DNA of 37,623 nucleotides from Patescibacteria group bacterium. GTDB lineage: Bacteria; Patescibacteriota; Minisyncoccia; UBA6257; UBA9933. The notes beneath the pieces were generated by a model. The model saw only the letters and a list, made by a program, of their open reading frames with translations. It was not told the DNA's origin and did not search any database. A program made the translations under genes and the position numbers. How positions within the stretch are numbered: position 1 is the first letter of the stretch; each line of letters begins with the position of its first letter. The stretch is taken from the NCBI GenBank assembly GCA_038065955.1, contig JBBTPY010000003.1:1-37623 (forward strand), read 5' to 3'. Of the stretch, positions 28,670 through 37,420 are shown piece by piece.

Positions 28670-30439
28670 GTGAAACTCAAAAAATTTAATCAATCTTTTG
28701 ATGAGCAAAATTTACTGGAAAGCGGGTTTGTCAGTCCTACCAGCGAGGCAATAATAATTAGAATCGGTCTTATTGACGGCAAATATCACTGGCGGGCAAG
28801 AACGATTGACGATAAAGGCAACGCCTCTCAATGGCAGGAATTTGGTATAGCGGGGGATATTGATTTTGAAGTAAAATTGGTGCCGTTGTATACGCAGGTG
28901 GAGTCGGATTATCCATCGCGAAGCGAAACTATAAGATGGTTTGATGATAAATATGGTCCTGTTGGTATAAATTATAATTGCTTTGACAGTCTTCTTGGTT
29001 ATTCAAGTATCCGCAGTTGTGGCTGCGCTATCACATCAATGGTAATGCTTGGCAGGTATTATAATATTAATATCGGAATTGATAACAGCAGTGTTGACCC
29101 TGGTAATATTAACAATTGGTTTACGAATAATAGCGGCTATACAAATACAGGAAAACTTTTCTGGGACAAAGCAATTGACTATTTGGGTTATATAGATCAA
29201 ACAACCGGTAAAAAAATGGTCAGGTTTGATTTTGATTTTCAAACCGATTGGAATGTGGTGTCCACTAGTTCTCGTATAGACGATTTTGTTAATTTCGCCA
29301 AGCCGGCTGTTGTCTATAACGATAAATTCGGGCATTACTTTATCGCTGACGGTAAATTGGCCGCTACCTATACAATAAAAGATCCGGCTAAATATAATAC
29401 TAAAACCTTAAATGACGATGAAAATCCGGATAATAAAATTAGAGATTATAATAACTATTTTGCTACTGCCAATTTATTTACTTATTTGGAAACCCCAAAA
29501 TTGTCTTCCGCTTCAATGTATATCGCTCTTGCTTCGCCGGCAGAACTTTTAATTACCGATTCTCAAGGCAGAAAACTCGGAAAAGACCCAACTACCAATA
29601 CGTTTTACGATGAAATACCTCGCGCCAAATACGGCCAAGAAGGACCAATTTTAACCAGCGATATAACTCTTGACCCAAATCAAATCCATAAGACTAAAGT
29701 AATCTATATTTCAGAACCAATTAACGGACAATATCAATTGCAAGTAATTGGCACAGGAGAGGGAGATTATTCCCTAGAATCAGCTTTTTTTGACACCCAA
29801 GGAAATATTAATCAACAAGAGTTCCAATCAGAAACAGCTCTCGGTTATACCGCCCAATATAATCTTTTCACTAATTCAGAAAATTCAGCCAGCACCACTA
29901 TTGAACTCTTTGACGAAACACCGCCGGAAGCGAAAATTTATTTCAATTCCGAAACTCAAGAATTAGAAATCAAAGGAATTGATAACATGACAGTTAATCC
30001 AATCGTTTCTATTATTGAACAAAATAATAAGAAAAAAGATGAGGATGATGAAGATAAACACAAAGAAAAAGAAAATATTATCTACCAAATCCGAGACGAA
30101 GCGGGAAATACCACAAAACTTTTTTTTAAAAAAATAAAACAAGAGGGGAAAAAAATAAGGGCGGAATTGGAAGGCATTCAATACAATAACGGCGGAATAA
30201 TAGAATTTAAAGCTGAATTCAAATATGAATGGTCGCTCAACCAAGACAACACAATTAAAGAATTAGAGCAGAAAATTAAAGTAGAAGATCAATTCAGAAT
30301 TAAGACGAAATATAGTAGCAAAAAGGACGAGACAAAGATAGAAATAAAAACAGAGGAAGGCAAAGAAAAACAGATTTTACCAGGACTTGTTATTATTAAA
30401 CTGACTACAGAATTGGGAGTTTTTGGTTTTAATTTTTAA
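28670..30439 (+). CDS. N-terminally truncated paralog A2 carrying a divergent C39-like domain
   Basis: Begins mid-domain (FNQSFDEQNLLESGFV vs A1 YNQSFDGQNLLESGFV); no signal peptide; GCAITSMVM / GHYFIADG / YTIKDP. Confidence 0.7.
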   Translation: MKLKKFNQSFDEQNLLESGFVSPTSEAIIIRIGLIDGKYHWRARTIDDKGNASQWQEFGIAGDIDFEVKLVPLYTQVESDYPSRSETIRWFDDKYGPVGINYNCFDSLLGYSSIRSCGCAITSMVMLGRYYNINIGIDNSSVDPGNINNWFTNNSGYTNTGKLFWDKAIDYLGYIDQTTGKKMVRFDFDFQTDWNVVSTSSRIDDFVNFAKPAVVYNDKFGHYFIADGKLAATYTIKDPAKYNTKTLNDDENPDNKIRDYNNYFATANLFTYLETPKLSSASMYIALASPAELLITDSQGRKLGKDPTTNTFYDEIPRAKYGQEGPILTSDITLDPNQIHKTKVIYISEPINGQYQLQVIGTGEGDYSLESAFFDTQGNINQQEFQSETALGYTAQYNLFTNSENSASTTIELFDETPPEAKIYFNSETQELEIKGIDNMTVNPIVSIIEQNNKKKDEDDEDKHKEKENIIYQIRDEAGNTTKLFFKKIKQEGKKIRAELEGIQYNNGGIIEFKAEFKYEWSLNQDNTIKELEQKIKVEDQFRIKTKYSSKKDETKIEIKTEEGKEKQILPGLVIIKLTTELGVFGFNF

Positions 30440-30448
30440 AAATTAAAA

Positions 30449-31473
30449 ATGAAGAAAATATCTTTACAAGTTTTTATATTATTCCTGATAGCGAGCTTGA
30501 CTATTTTCTATTATTTTTTATTTTATCAAAAAAAAATGTGACAGAAAAAAAATGCCTAAATGAAAATGAAATAGCCGATTTTGATTACATTGCCGATTTA
30601 TATGAATCCACAGGAGTAAAATTGCCAAGTAATGCGACAACAACAATTTTTGTAAACGACAAAAATACAAATAAAGAGTTGTTTAGGTTTATAATTAGTA
30701 ATGTGCCCGACAAATCTTCAAGTATTGAAATTCACAGGTGCGGAGTGTATGTGATAAGGGATATTTTTTCTGATGCTAAAAAAGGAATTTATAAGACGCC
30801 TCAATTTTGGATATATACATATGATGGCAAAGGAGAAATATTGATAAATGAAAATGATTTTTATCCATATAGTCCCATTCCTCGCATAGATTCTTTAGAA
30901 AATTATTTGGCATTAACTAGGTATCATTTTGGTCGTCCAGACCATGCTGTTGTTATAAAAAATCTTCCACAATTAGAAGATGTCTTAGTGATAATGCCCG
31001 ATGATATTTGGCAAAAATCTCCGAAATTAGATAAGGAAAGAGATATCGGTGTAGTTGGCTGGTCAAGCGATGGCAGATATTTATGGGGCGGCAGTTATGG
31101 TCAAGGTCAAGATAGCGCTGTTTATTTCCGAATAAACATAAATGATAAAAACAAAGAAACGCTCGAAGTTTTTCCGATGCCCGATGACGCCATTCATCAC
31201 GGCCCGCCTCGTCTTAACACTGGTTATATTTGGTATATTTATGGTCCTCCATGGGTAGGATTTTATGAAATGAGCGAGAAAATTTATGATGAATGGCAAA
31301 AACAAGGGAAAAAAGTTCATTTTTACCTCTACAATCTTTTTACTAAAAAACAAATTCTTTTGGAAGTTTTTAACGACCCGACTTGGTTTATAAAACCCAA
31401 CTGGCTTTCCGATACAGAGCTTCAGTACGAATTGCCAAACGGAGAAAAAAAGATTTATACCATTCAAAAATGA
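30449..31473 (+). pseudogene. Partner protein B2, frameshifted at an A9 tract
   Basis: ATG 30449 gives MKKISLQVFILFLIASLTIFYYFLFYQKKM*; the body continues in the -1 frame from 30538. Confidence 0.7.
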
Positions 31474-32255
31474 TTAATAATCAAGTAAAATCCCAAGCCA
31501 ATAATAGAGCAGGTGATTATATCAGAAACTACGAAAACGGCTTTGACGGTTTAAGAATCTACAAAAAAGGAGATAGCATAGCCCAGAGCGCCATTACTAT
31601 TGCTTTAGGTTCGCCGGCAGAACTCTTGATAACCGATTCACAAGGTAAAAAACTCGGAAAAGACCAGAATGGCATTGAATATAACGAAATACCAAACGCT
31701 TGGTATTTTGAAGACGGTTTTGACGATCCGTTCGGAAAAAATCCAGCATCTCAAGAAAGAAATAAACTGATTCAGATTTTAGAACCAATTGACGGACAAT
31801 ATCAACTTCAAGTAATCAGCACAGGAGAAGGAAGTTATTCCCTAGAATCAGTTTTTTCTGACACCCAAGGAAATACTAATCAACAAGAATTCCAATCAGA
31901 AACTGCTATTGGTTATACTGCACAATATAATCTTTCTTTTGATTCAGAAAACTCAACAAGCATCACCATTGAATTATTTGACGAAACGCCGCCTGAGGCG
32001 GAAATTTACTTTAACTTCAACACTCAAGAATTGGAGATAAAAGGAATTGACAATACAACGGTTAATCCAATAATATCTATAATTGAATCTGATGAAGATA
32101 AAGAAGTGATTTATCAAATAAAAGACGAAGCTGGTAATACCACAAAACTTTTCTTTGAAAAATTAAAACAAGAAGGAAAAGAGATAAAGGCGGAATTGGA
32201 AGGTATTCAATACAATGTCGAAGAAATTATTAGAACTGAAGCCGAATTCAAATAA
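31470..32255 (+). pseudogene. Remnant cassette A3, truncated at both ends
   Basis: Starts at the tail of the C39 region (DYIRNYENGF), has SPAELLITDSQGKKLG, stops at AEFK where A2 continues AEFKYEW. Confidence 0.65.
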
Positions 32256-32400
32256 GAGATATAATAATTATTCAGTAGAAGTAAATATTTAAGTAGTTTA
32301 TTTTGATATAGTAGTTTTTTAATGTTAATCTTCAATATGAACTTCCAAATGGCGAAAAGAAAATTTATAGAATAAAATAAATGAAAATAAATTATCGCAT

Positions 32401-32817
32401 ATGGCATTTTCTTCAAAAACAATTTTTAGCCTTTTAATTTTTATTTTATTTATTCACGCGTTGGCGACGGTTAATTTTTGGTATTGGCGGTTTCCTTGGT
32501 TTGACATACCGATGCATTTTTTCGGCGGTTTTTGGGTGGCGATGGCGTTTCTTTATTTTGACCCGAAAATTGAAATATTAAAAATTAACGGTTTAAAATT
32601 TTTAACGGACGCGGCGGCGGTTTTGGCTTTTGTCGCTTTAATCGGAATTTTTTGGGAATTTTTTGAATTTATTTCCGACTTCTTAATTGAATCAAAACGT
32701 TCCGGTCTTTTTCAGGCGGGAGCGGCCGATACGCTGGGCGACTTGTTTTTTGACCTTGTCGGAGGCGCGTCGCTTTTTGTTTTTTATAAATTAGCGAGAA
32801 AAGATTTTTTATCGTAA
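32401..32817 (+). CDS. Membrane protein with four TM helices (VanZ/DUF2238-like)
   Basis: WFDIPMHFFGG, IGIFWEFFEF, DTLGDL. Confidence 0.7.
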   Translation: MAFSSKTIFSLLIFILFIHALATVNFWYWRFPWFDIPMHFFGGFWVAMAFLYFDPKIEILKINGLKFLTDAAAVLAFVALIGIFWEFFEFISDFLIESKRSGLFQAGAADTLGDLFFDLVGGASLFVFYKLARKDFLS

Positions 32818-32826
32818 AATATATTA

Positions 32827-34218
32827 ATGGATGATAAAAATAAAAAAATAAAAGTTGCCGATGTTGTTCAAGATGGCGGCGAAGAAGTTTTAAATTTAAA
32901 GACAAAAGTTTTTATTGAACCAAAAATTGCCGTTAAACCGGAAATTGTTGAAAAGCCGGAAGCTATTGCAAAAACGGAACCTGTTCTTGCGTCTCTTTCG
33001 CCAAAAATTGTTTTTGAAAAATCGGCGGCAAAAGAAACGAAAGTAAAAGAAATAAAAACGGCGAAGTTTGGTAAAAGCCGGGGAATACGCCGATTCGCCA
33101 TATATTTTCTTATGGCGGTTGTTATTGGCGGGGCAGTTTACGGCGCCGTCGCGTTTTTGCCGAGAGTGGACATAAAAATTATCGTTAAAAAATCAGATTG
33201 GCAATTTTCTAATTCAATTTCGGCTTCAAAAAACGCGTCAAATATTGATTTGTCGGCCAAATTGATTCCGGCGGAAGTTTTTTTCGAGAAAAAAAACATT
33301 ACCTTGTTTTATCCGGCGAGCGGCGTAAAACAAATTGAAAAAAAGGCCGCCGGAGAAATTACGATATACAATTCTTACAGTTCTAAATCTCAAAATTTAA
33401 TTGCCGCCACCAGATTTGCGGCGCCGGACGGAAAAATTTTTCTTTTAAATAAAAAAGCGGTCATTCCCGGAACGACGGTTGAAGGAGGAAAAATTATTCC
33501 TTCGAGTGTTAAAGTTGAAGTGACGGCGGAAAACGCCGGGAAAGAATATAATATCGGGCCTGTTGAGCGTTTTACTTTGCCCGGTTTCAGCGGTTCGCCC
33601 AAATACAACGATTTTTACGCCAAGTCGGAAAAATCGTTTAAGGGCGGTTTTGTCGGCGAGGCGGCTTATCCGACAGAGAAAGACATTTCAGAAGCCAAAG
33701 AAAAAACGGTAAAAACACTGGAAGAAAGTTTAACGGCTTTTATTTTATCGCAGATTCCAAAAGATTTTAAAATTATTGACGGCGCCTCGCGGTTTAATGT
33801 AATAAAAGAAACAGTGAATGAAGAAGTTGACGAAAAAGGAAATTTTTCGGCAACTGTTGAGGCCGAATCAAAAATAATTGTTTTTAAAGAATCTGATTTA
33901 TTGAAACTGCTCGGTGAATCGGCAAAACAGGTTCTGGGAGCGGATTTTGAAGTTAAGAATTATGAATTAAAATATCTTTCCGGACAGCCGGATTTTGAAA
34001 ACGGGAAACTTCAATTCGTGATTGATTATAAAGGAATTTTTTGGCGGCCGATTGACGTTGAATCTTTTAAAAATTCAATTTTAAAGAAAAAAGAAAATGA
34101 ATTGAAAATGGCGATTTTTTCTTTGGCGGGCGTGGATAAGGCGACGGTTTCTTTTTGGCCTTTTTGGGTTAAGGCGGTTCCGGAAAATATTAAAAAAATC
34201 AAAACAGAAATAGAGTAG
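32827..34218 (+). CDS. Single-pass membrane protein with a baseplate-J-like domain
   Basis: TM near aa 91-111; KAAGEITIYN...TRF...V.VTA..AG.EYNI...F.GG pattern. Confidence 0.55.
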   Translation: MDDKNKKIKVADVVQDGGEEVLNLKTKVFIEPKIAVKPEIVEKPEAIAKTEPVLASLSPKIVFEKSAAKETKVKEIKTAKFGKSRGIRRFAIYFLMAVVIGGAVYGAVAFLPRVDIKIIVKKSDWQFSNSISASKNASNIDLSAKLIPAEVFFEKKNITLFYPASGVKQIEKKAAGEITIYNSYSSKSQNLIAATRFAAPDGKIFLLNKKAVIPGTTVEGGKIIPSSVKVEVTAENAGKEYNIGPVERFTLPGFSGSPKYNDFYAKSEKSFKGGFVGEAAYPTEKDISEAKEKTVKTLEESLTAFILSQIPKDFKIIDGASRFNVIKETVNEEVDEKGNFSATVEAESKIIVFKESDLLKLLGESAKQVLGADFEVKNYELKYLSGQPDFENGKLQFVIDYKGIFWRPIDVESFKNSILKKKENELKMAIFSLAGVDKATVSFWPFWVKAVPENIKKIKTEIE

Positions 34219-34247
34219 TTGACATTTTTTAATTCATCATTTAATAT
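34219..34247 (+). promoter_or_regulatory. Promoter of the infA-alpha operon
   Basis: TTGACA-N17-TAATAT. Confidence 0.6.
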
Positions 34248-34258
34248 TTTATACTATT

Positions 34259-34471
34259 GTGGCAGTTATTAAAGAAAAATCGATTGAAGGAATAATTATT
34301 GAAGCTTTGCCGTCAATGACATTCAGGACAAAACTTTCTAATAATTCCGAAGTATTGGCGTATTTGTCCGGGAAGATGAGATTGCATCATATAAAAGTAT
34401 TGCCCGGAGACAGAGTTTTAATGGAATTAAGTCCCGATGGAGGACGGGGGAGAATAATAAGAAGATTATAA
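34259..34471 (+). CDS. infA: Translation initiation factor IF-1
   Basis: EGIIIEALP...LSGKMR...ILPGDRV-like motif, GRIIRR; GTG start. Confidence 0.95.
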   Translation: MAVIKEKSIEGIIIEALPSMTFRTKLSNNSEVLAYLSGKMRLHHIKVLPGDRVLMELSPDGGRGRIIRRL

Positions 34472-34477
34472 CTGATT

Positions 34478-34594
34478 ATGAAAGTAAGAAGTTCGGTTAA
34501 AAAAATTTGTAAAAATTGTAAAACTGTCCGCCGCCAGGGGCGGATTTACGTAATTTGCGATAAAAATCCGAAACATAAACAAAGACAAGGGTAA
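34478..34594 (+). CDS. rpmJ: 50S ribosomal protein L36 (absent from the ORF track)
   Basis: [38 protein letters not shown]. Confidence 0.97.
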   Translation: MKVRSSVKKICKNCKTVRRQGRIYVICDKNPKHKQRQG

Positions 34595-34595
34595 T

Positions 34596-34979
34596 ATGCG
34601 TTTAGTTGGAATTAATGTTCCCGATAACAAAAAAATAGAGATTGCGTTGACTTATGTTTATGGCATAGGGCGTGTTTCGGCCGGAAAAATATTGGCGAAT
34701 GCCGATGTCGACCCGAATAAAATAGCGAAAACAGTAAACGCCGAAGAAATTAACAGAATTCAGAGTTTTATGGAAAAACATTATAAAACCGAAGGCGAAT
34801 TGCGGCAGGTGATAAAAACAAACATCCGGCGGCTTAAAGATATTAAATGTTACAGGGGATTGCGTCACGAAAGAAAATTGCCGGTAAGAGGTCAGCGAAC
34901 AAAGACTAATTCGCGCACGATTCGCGGCAATGTCAGAAAAACCGCCGGCAGCGGAAAAAGAAAAACTGATTTGAAATAA
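34596..34979 (+). CDS. rpsM: 30S ribosomal protein S13
   Basis: ALTYVYGIG, YRGLRH, LPVRGQRTKTNSRT. Confidence 0.98.
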   Translation: MRLVGINVPDNKKIEIALTYVYGIGRVSAGKILANADVDPNKIAKTVNAEEINRIQSFMEKHYKTEGELRQVIKTNIRRLKDIKCYRGLRHERKLPVRGQRTKTNSRTIRGNVRKTAGSGKRKTDLK

Positions 34980-34980
34980 T

Positions 34981-35442
34981 ATGGGACAAAAAAAGGTTAT
35001 AAAAAAAACCGGAGAAGAAATCTTAAAAGAAGAAAAGAAAATGGAAACGGCGACCGTAAAATCAGACGATGTTTCCGTTAAGGCGCCGAAGAAAAAGATT
35101 GATTTGGGCAAAGTTTACGTTAACGCTGGTTATAATAACACTATTCTAACGGCGACCGATAAAAATGGGAATGTTTTGGTTTGGACTTCCGCCGGTTCAA
35201 TCGGTTTTTCGGGCCCCAAAAAAGCGACGCCGTTCGCGGCTTCCAAAATGGTGTTGGTGGCGGCCGAAAAAATGAAAAAACTCGGTTTTTCCGATATTGA
35301 GATATTTATCAGAGGGATAAGTAAGGCGCGAGACGCGGCGATAAAAGCTTTGGCCGGCGCCGGATTTAATATTTTAACAATCAGGGATGTTACGCCGATT
35401 CCGCATAACGGTCCGAAACCGCCGAAAGTGAGAAGAATATAA
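34981..35442 (+). CDS. rpsK: 30S ribosomal protein S11
   Basis: YNNTI, KKATPFAA, DVTPIPHNG. Confidence 0.97.
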   Translation: MGQKKVIKKTGEEILKEEKKMETATVKSDDVSVKAPKKKIDLGKVYVNAGYNNTILTATDKNGNVLVWTSAGSIGFSGPKKATPFAASKMVLVAAEKMKKLGFSDIEIFIRGISKARDAAIKALAGAGFNILTIRDVTPIPHNGPKPPKVRRI

Positions 35443-35448
35443 AATAAA

Positions 35449-36072
35449 ATGAGACCGCGATCGCTTGAAAAAAAAGAACGAGCATTGGGAGTAAAACTCT
35501 TTTTAAAAGGGGAGCGTTGTAATTCGCCGAAATGCGCTATGGTCAGACGGCCATATCGTCCGGGGATGCACGGCAAGAGACGCCGCGGCGCCGCTTCGGA
35601 ATATGCTCAACAGCTTTTGGAAAAACAAAAGCTTAAAATAACTTACGGCCTAAAAGAAGCCCAGCTTTATAAACTTTTTAAAGAACTTACTACAAAATCC
35701 GGTTCTCTTGGAGAGGCGGTAATCGGCGTCTTGGAACGGCGGATTGATAATACGATTTTTAGATTGGGTTTCGCGCCTTCGCGAACCAGCGCCCGGCAGT
35801 ATGTAAGCCATGGCCATTTTTTGATAAACGGCAGAAAAATAACGATTCCTTCTTGTTTGGTAAAAATTAATGATATAATTTCCATTAGACCGTCTTCAAA
35901 AGAACGCTTGATTTTTAAAGATTTGTCCGATACTATAAGTAAGCGCGATTTGCCGGAATGGCTGGCGATAGATAAAGATAAATTGGAAGGGCGCGTTAAG
36001 TCATTTCCAAAAGATAAAGAGACTGAAGCGTCGTTTGATATTAATTTAGTAGTTGATTATTACAGCAGATAA
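35449..36072 (+). CDS. rpsD: 30S ribosomal protein S4
   Basis: PGMHG, SEYAQQLLEKQK, LERRIDN, ARQYVSHGH. Confidence 0.98.
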   Translation: MRPRSLEKKERALGVKLFLKGERCNSPKCAMVRRPYRPGMHGKRRRGAASEYAQQLLEKQKLKITYGLKEAQLYKLFKELTTKSGSLGEAVIGVLERRIDNTIFRLGFAPSRTSARQYVSHGHFLINGRKITIPSCLVKINDIISIRPSSKERLIFKDLSDTISKRDLPEWLAIDKDKLEGRVKSFPKDKETEASFDINLVVDYYSR

Positions 36073-36089
36073 AATTAAATATTAAAATT

Positions 36090-36872
36090 ATGGAATATCA
36101 ATATCTTAGCGAAGCCGTTAAAATTAAAAAAATTTCCGAAACCGACACTGACGGTTCATTTGAAATTGAAGGTCTTTATCCCGGTTATGGTTTAACATTA
36201 GGAAACGCTTTTCGCCGAACGCTTTTGGCGTCTTTGCCCGGAGCGGCCGTTACTCAAATAAAAATTAAAGGAGTAAAACATGAATTTTCCGCGATTGAAG
36301 GTATTAAAGAAGATATAATAGAAATTATTTTAAATATTAAGCGAATCAGATTTAAATTTTACGCCAAAGAGCCGCAAGTTATTTCTTTAAAAGTTAAGGG
36401 AGAAAAAAAGGTAACGGCCGGCGATATTGAAACTAATTCCGAAGTGGAAGTCGTTAATTCAGATCTTCACCTTTTCACTTTAACCGCTAAAAATGCCGAA
36501 ATTGATATGGAGCTTACGGTTGAAAAAGGACTTGGTTATGTGATGGCGGGGAATCGAAAAGCCGAAAAGTTGCCGGTCGGGGTTATCGCGATTGACGCTT
36601 TTTTCACGCCGGTCGTTAATGTGAATTTTGAAGTTGAGAATATGCGCGTTGGCGAGCGTACAGATTATAATAGATTGAAGTTTTTTATAACGACGGATGG
36701 CAGTATTACTTCTTCAATGGCTTTGCATAAAGCAGCCAGTATTTTAAAGGACCATATTGAAAAAGTTCTGACAATTGAAACGGGAGAAACGAAAGAAATA
36801 AAAGAGAAAGAAATAGAAAAACCGGCGAAAGCAAAAGCGGAAAAGAAAATTAAAGAAAAGAAAAAGAAATAA
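36090..36872 (+). CDS. rpoA: RNA polymerase alpha subunit lacking the alpha-CTD
   Basis: GYGLTLGNAFRRTLL, HEFSAIEG, GLGY, IDAFFTPV, TDGSI; ends in a K/E-rich tail. Confidence 0.96.
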   Translation: MEYQYLSEAVKIKKISETDTDGSFEIEGLYPGYGLTLGNAFRRTLLASLPGAAVTQIKIKGVKHEFSAIEGIKEDIIEIILNIKRIRFKFYAKEPQVISLKVKGEKKVTAGDIETNSEVEVVNSDLHLFTLTAKNAEIDMELTVEKGLGYVMAGNRKAEKLPVGVIAIDAFFTPVVNVNFEVENMRVGERTDYNRLKFFITTDGSITSSMALHKAASILKDHIEKVLTIETGETKEIKEKEIEKPAKAKAEKKIKEKKKK

Positions 36873-36886
36873 AAATAAAAATAAAA

Positions 36887-37237
36887 ATGCGGCATCTTAA
36901 AAAAGGAAAAAAATTTCACAGAAAAAAAGGGCAGCGCAACGCTTTGATGAAATCGCTGGCGAATAATTTGATTATTCGAGAAAAAATTGAGACGAGCGAG
37001 GTTAAAGCCAAGGAAATTAAGCCGATGGTTGAAAAATTGACGACAGTGGCTAAAAAGCAGACCTTGGCGGATTTTCGCCTTTTAATGTCCCGATTGCCGA
37101 AGAAATCGGCGGAAAAATTATATTATCATATTGCTCCGCGCTACGCCGACAGAAAAGGAGGATATTTAAGAATTATTAAAAGCGCCAAAATGAGAAAAAA
37201 TGACGGAGCGAAAATGGCGATAATAGAATTTGTTTAA
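36887..37237 (+). CDS. rplQ: 50S ribosomal protein L17
   Basis: MRHLKKGKK, RKGGYLRI, DGAKMAIIEFV. Confidence 0.98.
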   Translation: MRHLKKGKKFHRKKGQRNALMKSLANNLIIREKIETSEVKAKEIKPMVEKLTTVAKKQTLADFRLLMSRLPKKSAEKLYYHIAPRYADRKGGYLRIIKSAKMRKNDGAKMAIIEFV

Positions 37238-37243
37238 AAACTA

Positions 37244-37272
37244 TTGACATTGAATTGCCGGTGGATTATCAT
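37244..37272 (+). promoter_or_regulatory. Promoter upstream of tuf
   Basis: TTGACA-N17-TATCAT. Confidence 0.7.
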
Positions 37273-37316
37273 AATCACTATCGTTTATAAATATTAAAAA
37301 GTCGTAAATAAAAATA

Positions 37317-37412
37317 AACTAAACTAAACAACTAATAACTAACGACTAACGACTAACGACTGATAATAAACAACAGTTTTTGTCGTAAGTAGTAAGTCGT
37401 AAGTTGTAAGTC
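37317..37412. repeat. Two opposed heptamer tandem arrays in the tuf leader
   Basis: (aacgact)x3 with degenerate flanks, then gtcgtaa gtagtaa gtcgtaa gttgtaa. Confidence 0.85.
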
Positions 37413-37420
37413 AAATAAAA

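Noticed and set aside
28507-31413. DGR template/variable repeat pair in the B1/B2 tails
   Set aside because: Differences are largely third-position C/T changes, not adenine-specific, and there is no reverse transcriptase in the window.
31383-31469. ORF-track start of A3 at 31383
   Set aside because: It overlaps the conserved B2 tail in another frame; ATG 31470 (ATGA overlap) is more plausible.
24233-32400. Prophage or integrative element as the island's identity
   Set aside because: No integrase, transposase, phage structural genes or convincing att repeats were seen.
37317-37412. CRISPR array
   Set aside because: 7-bp tandem units without spacers and no cas genes.
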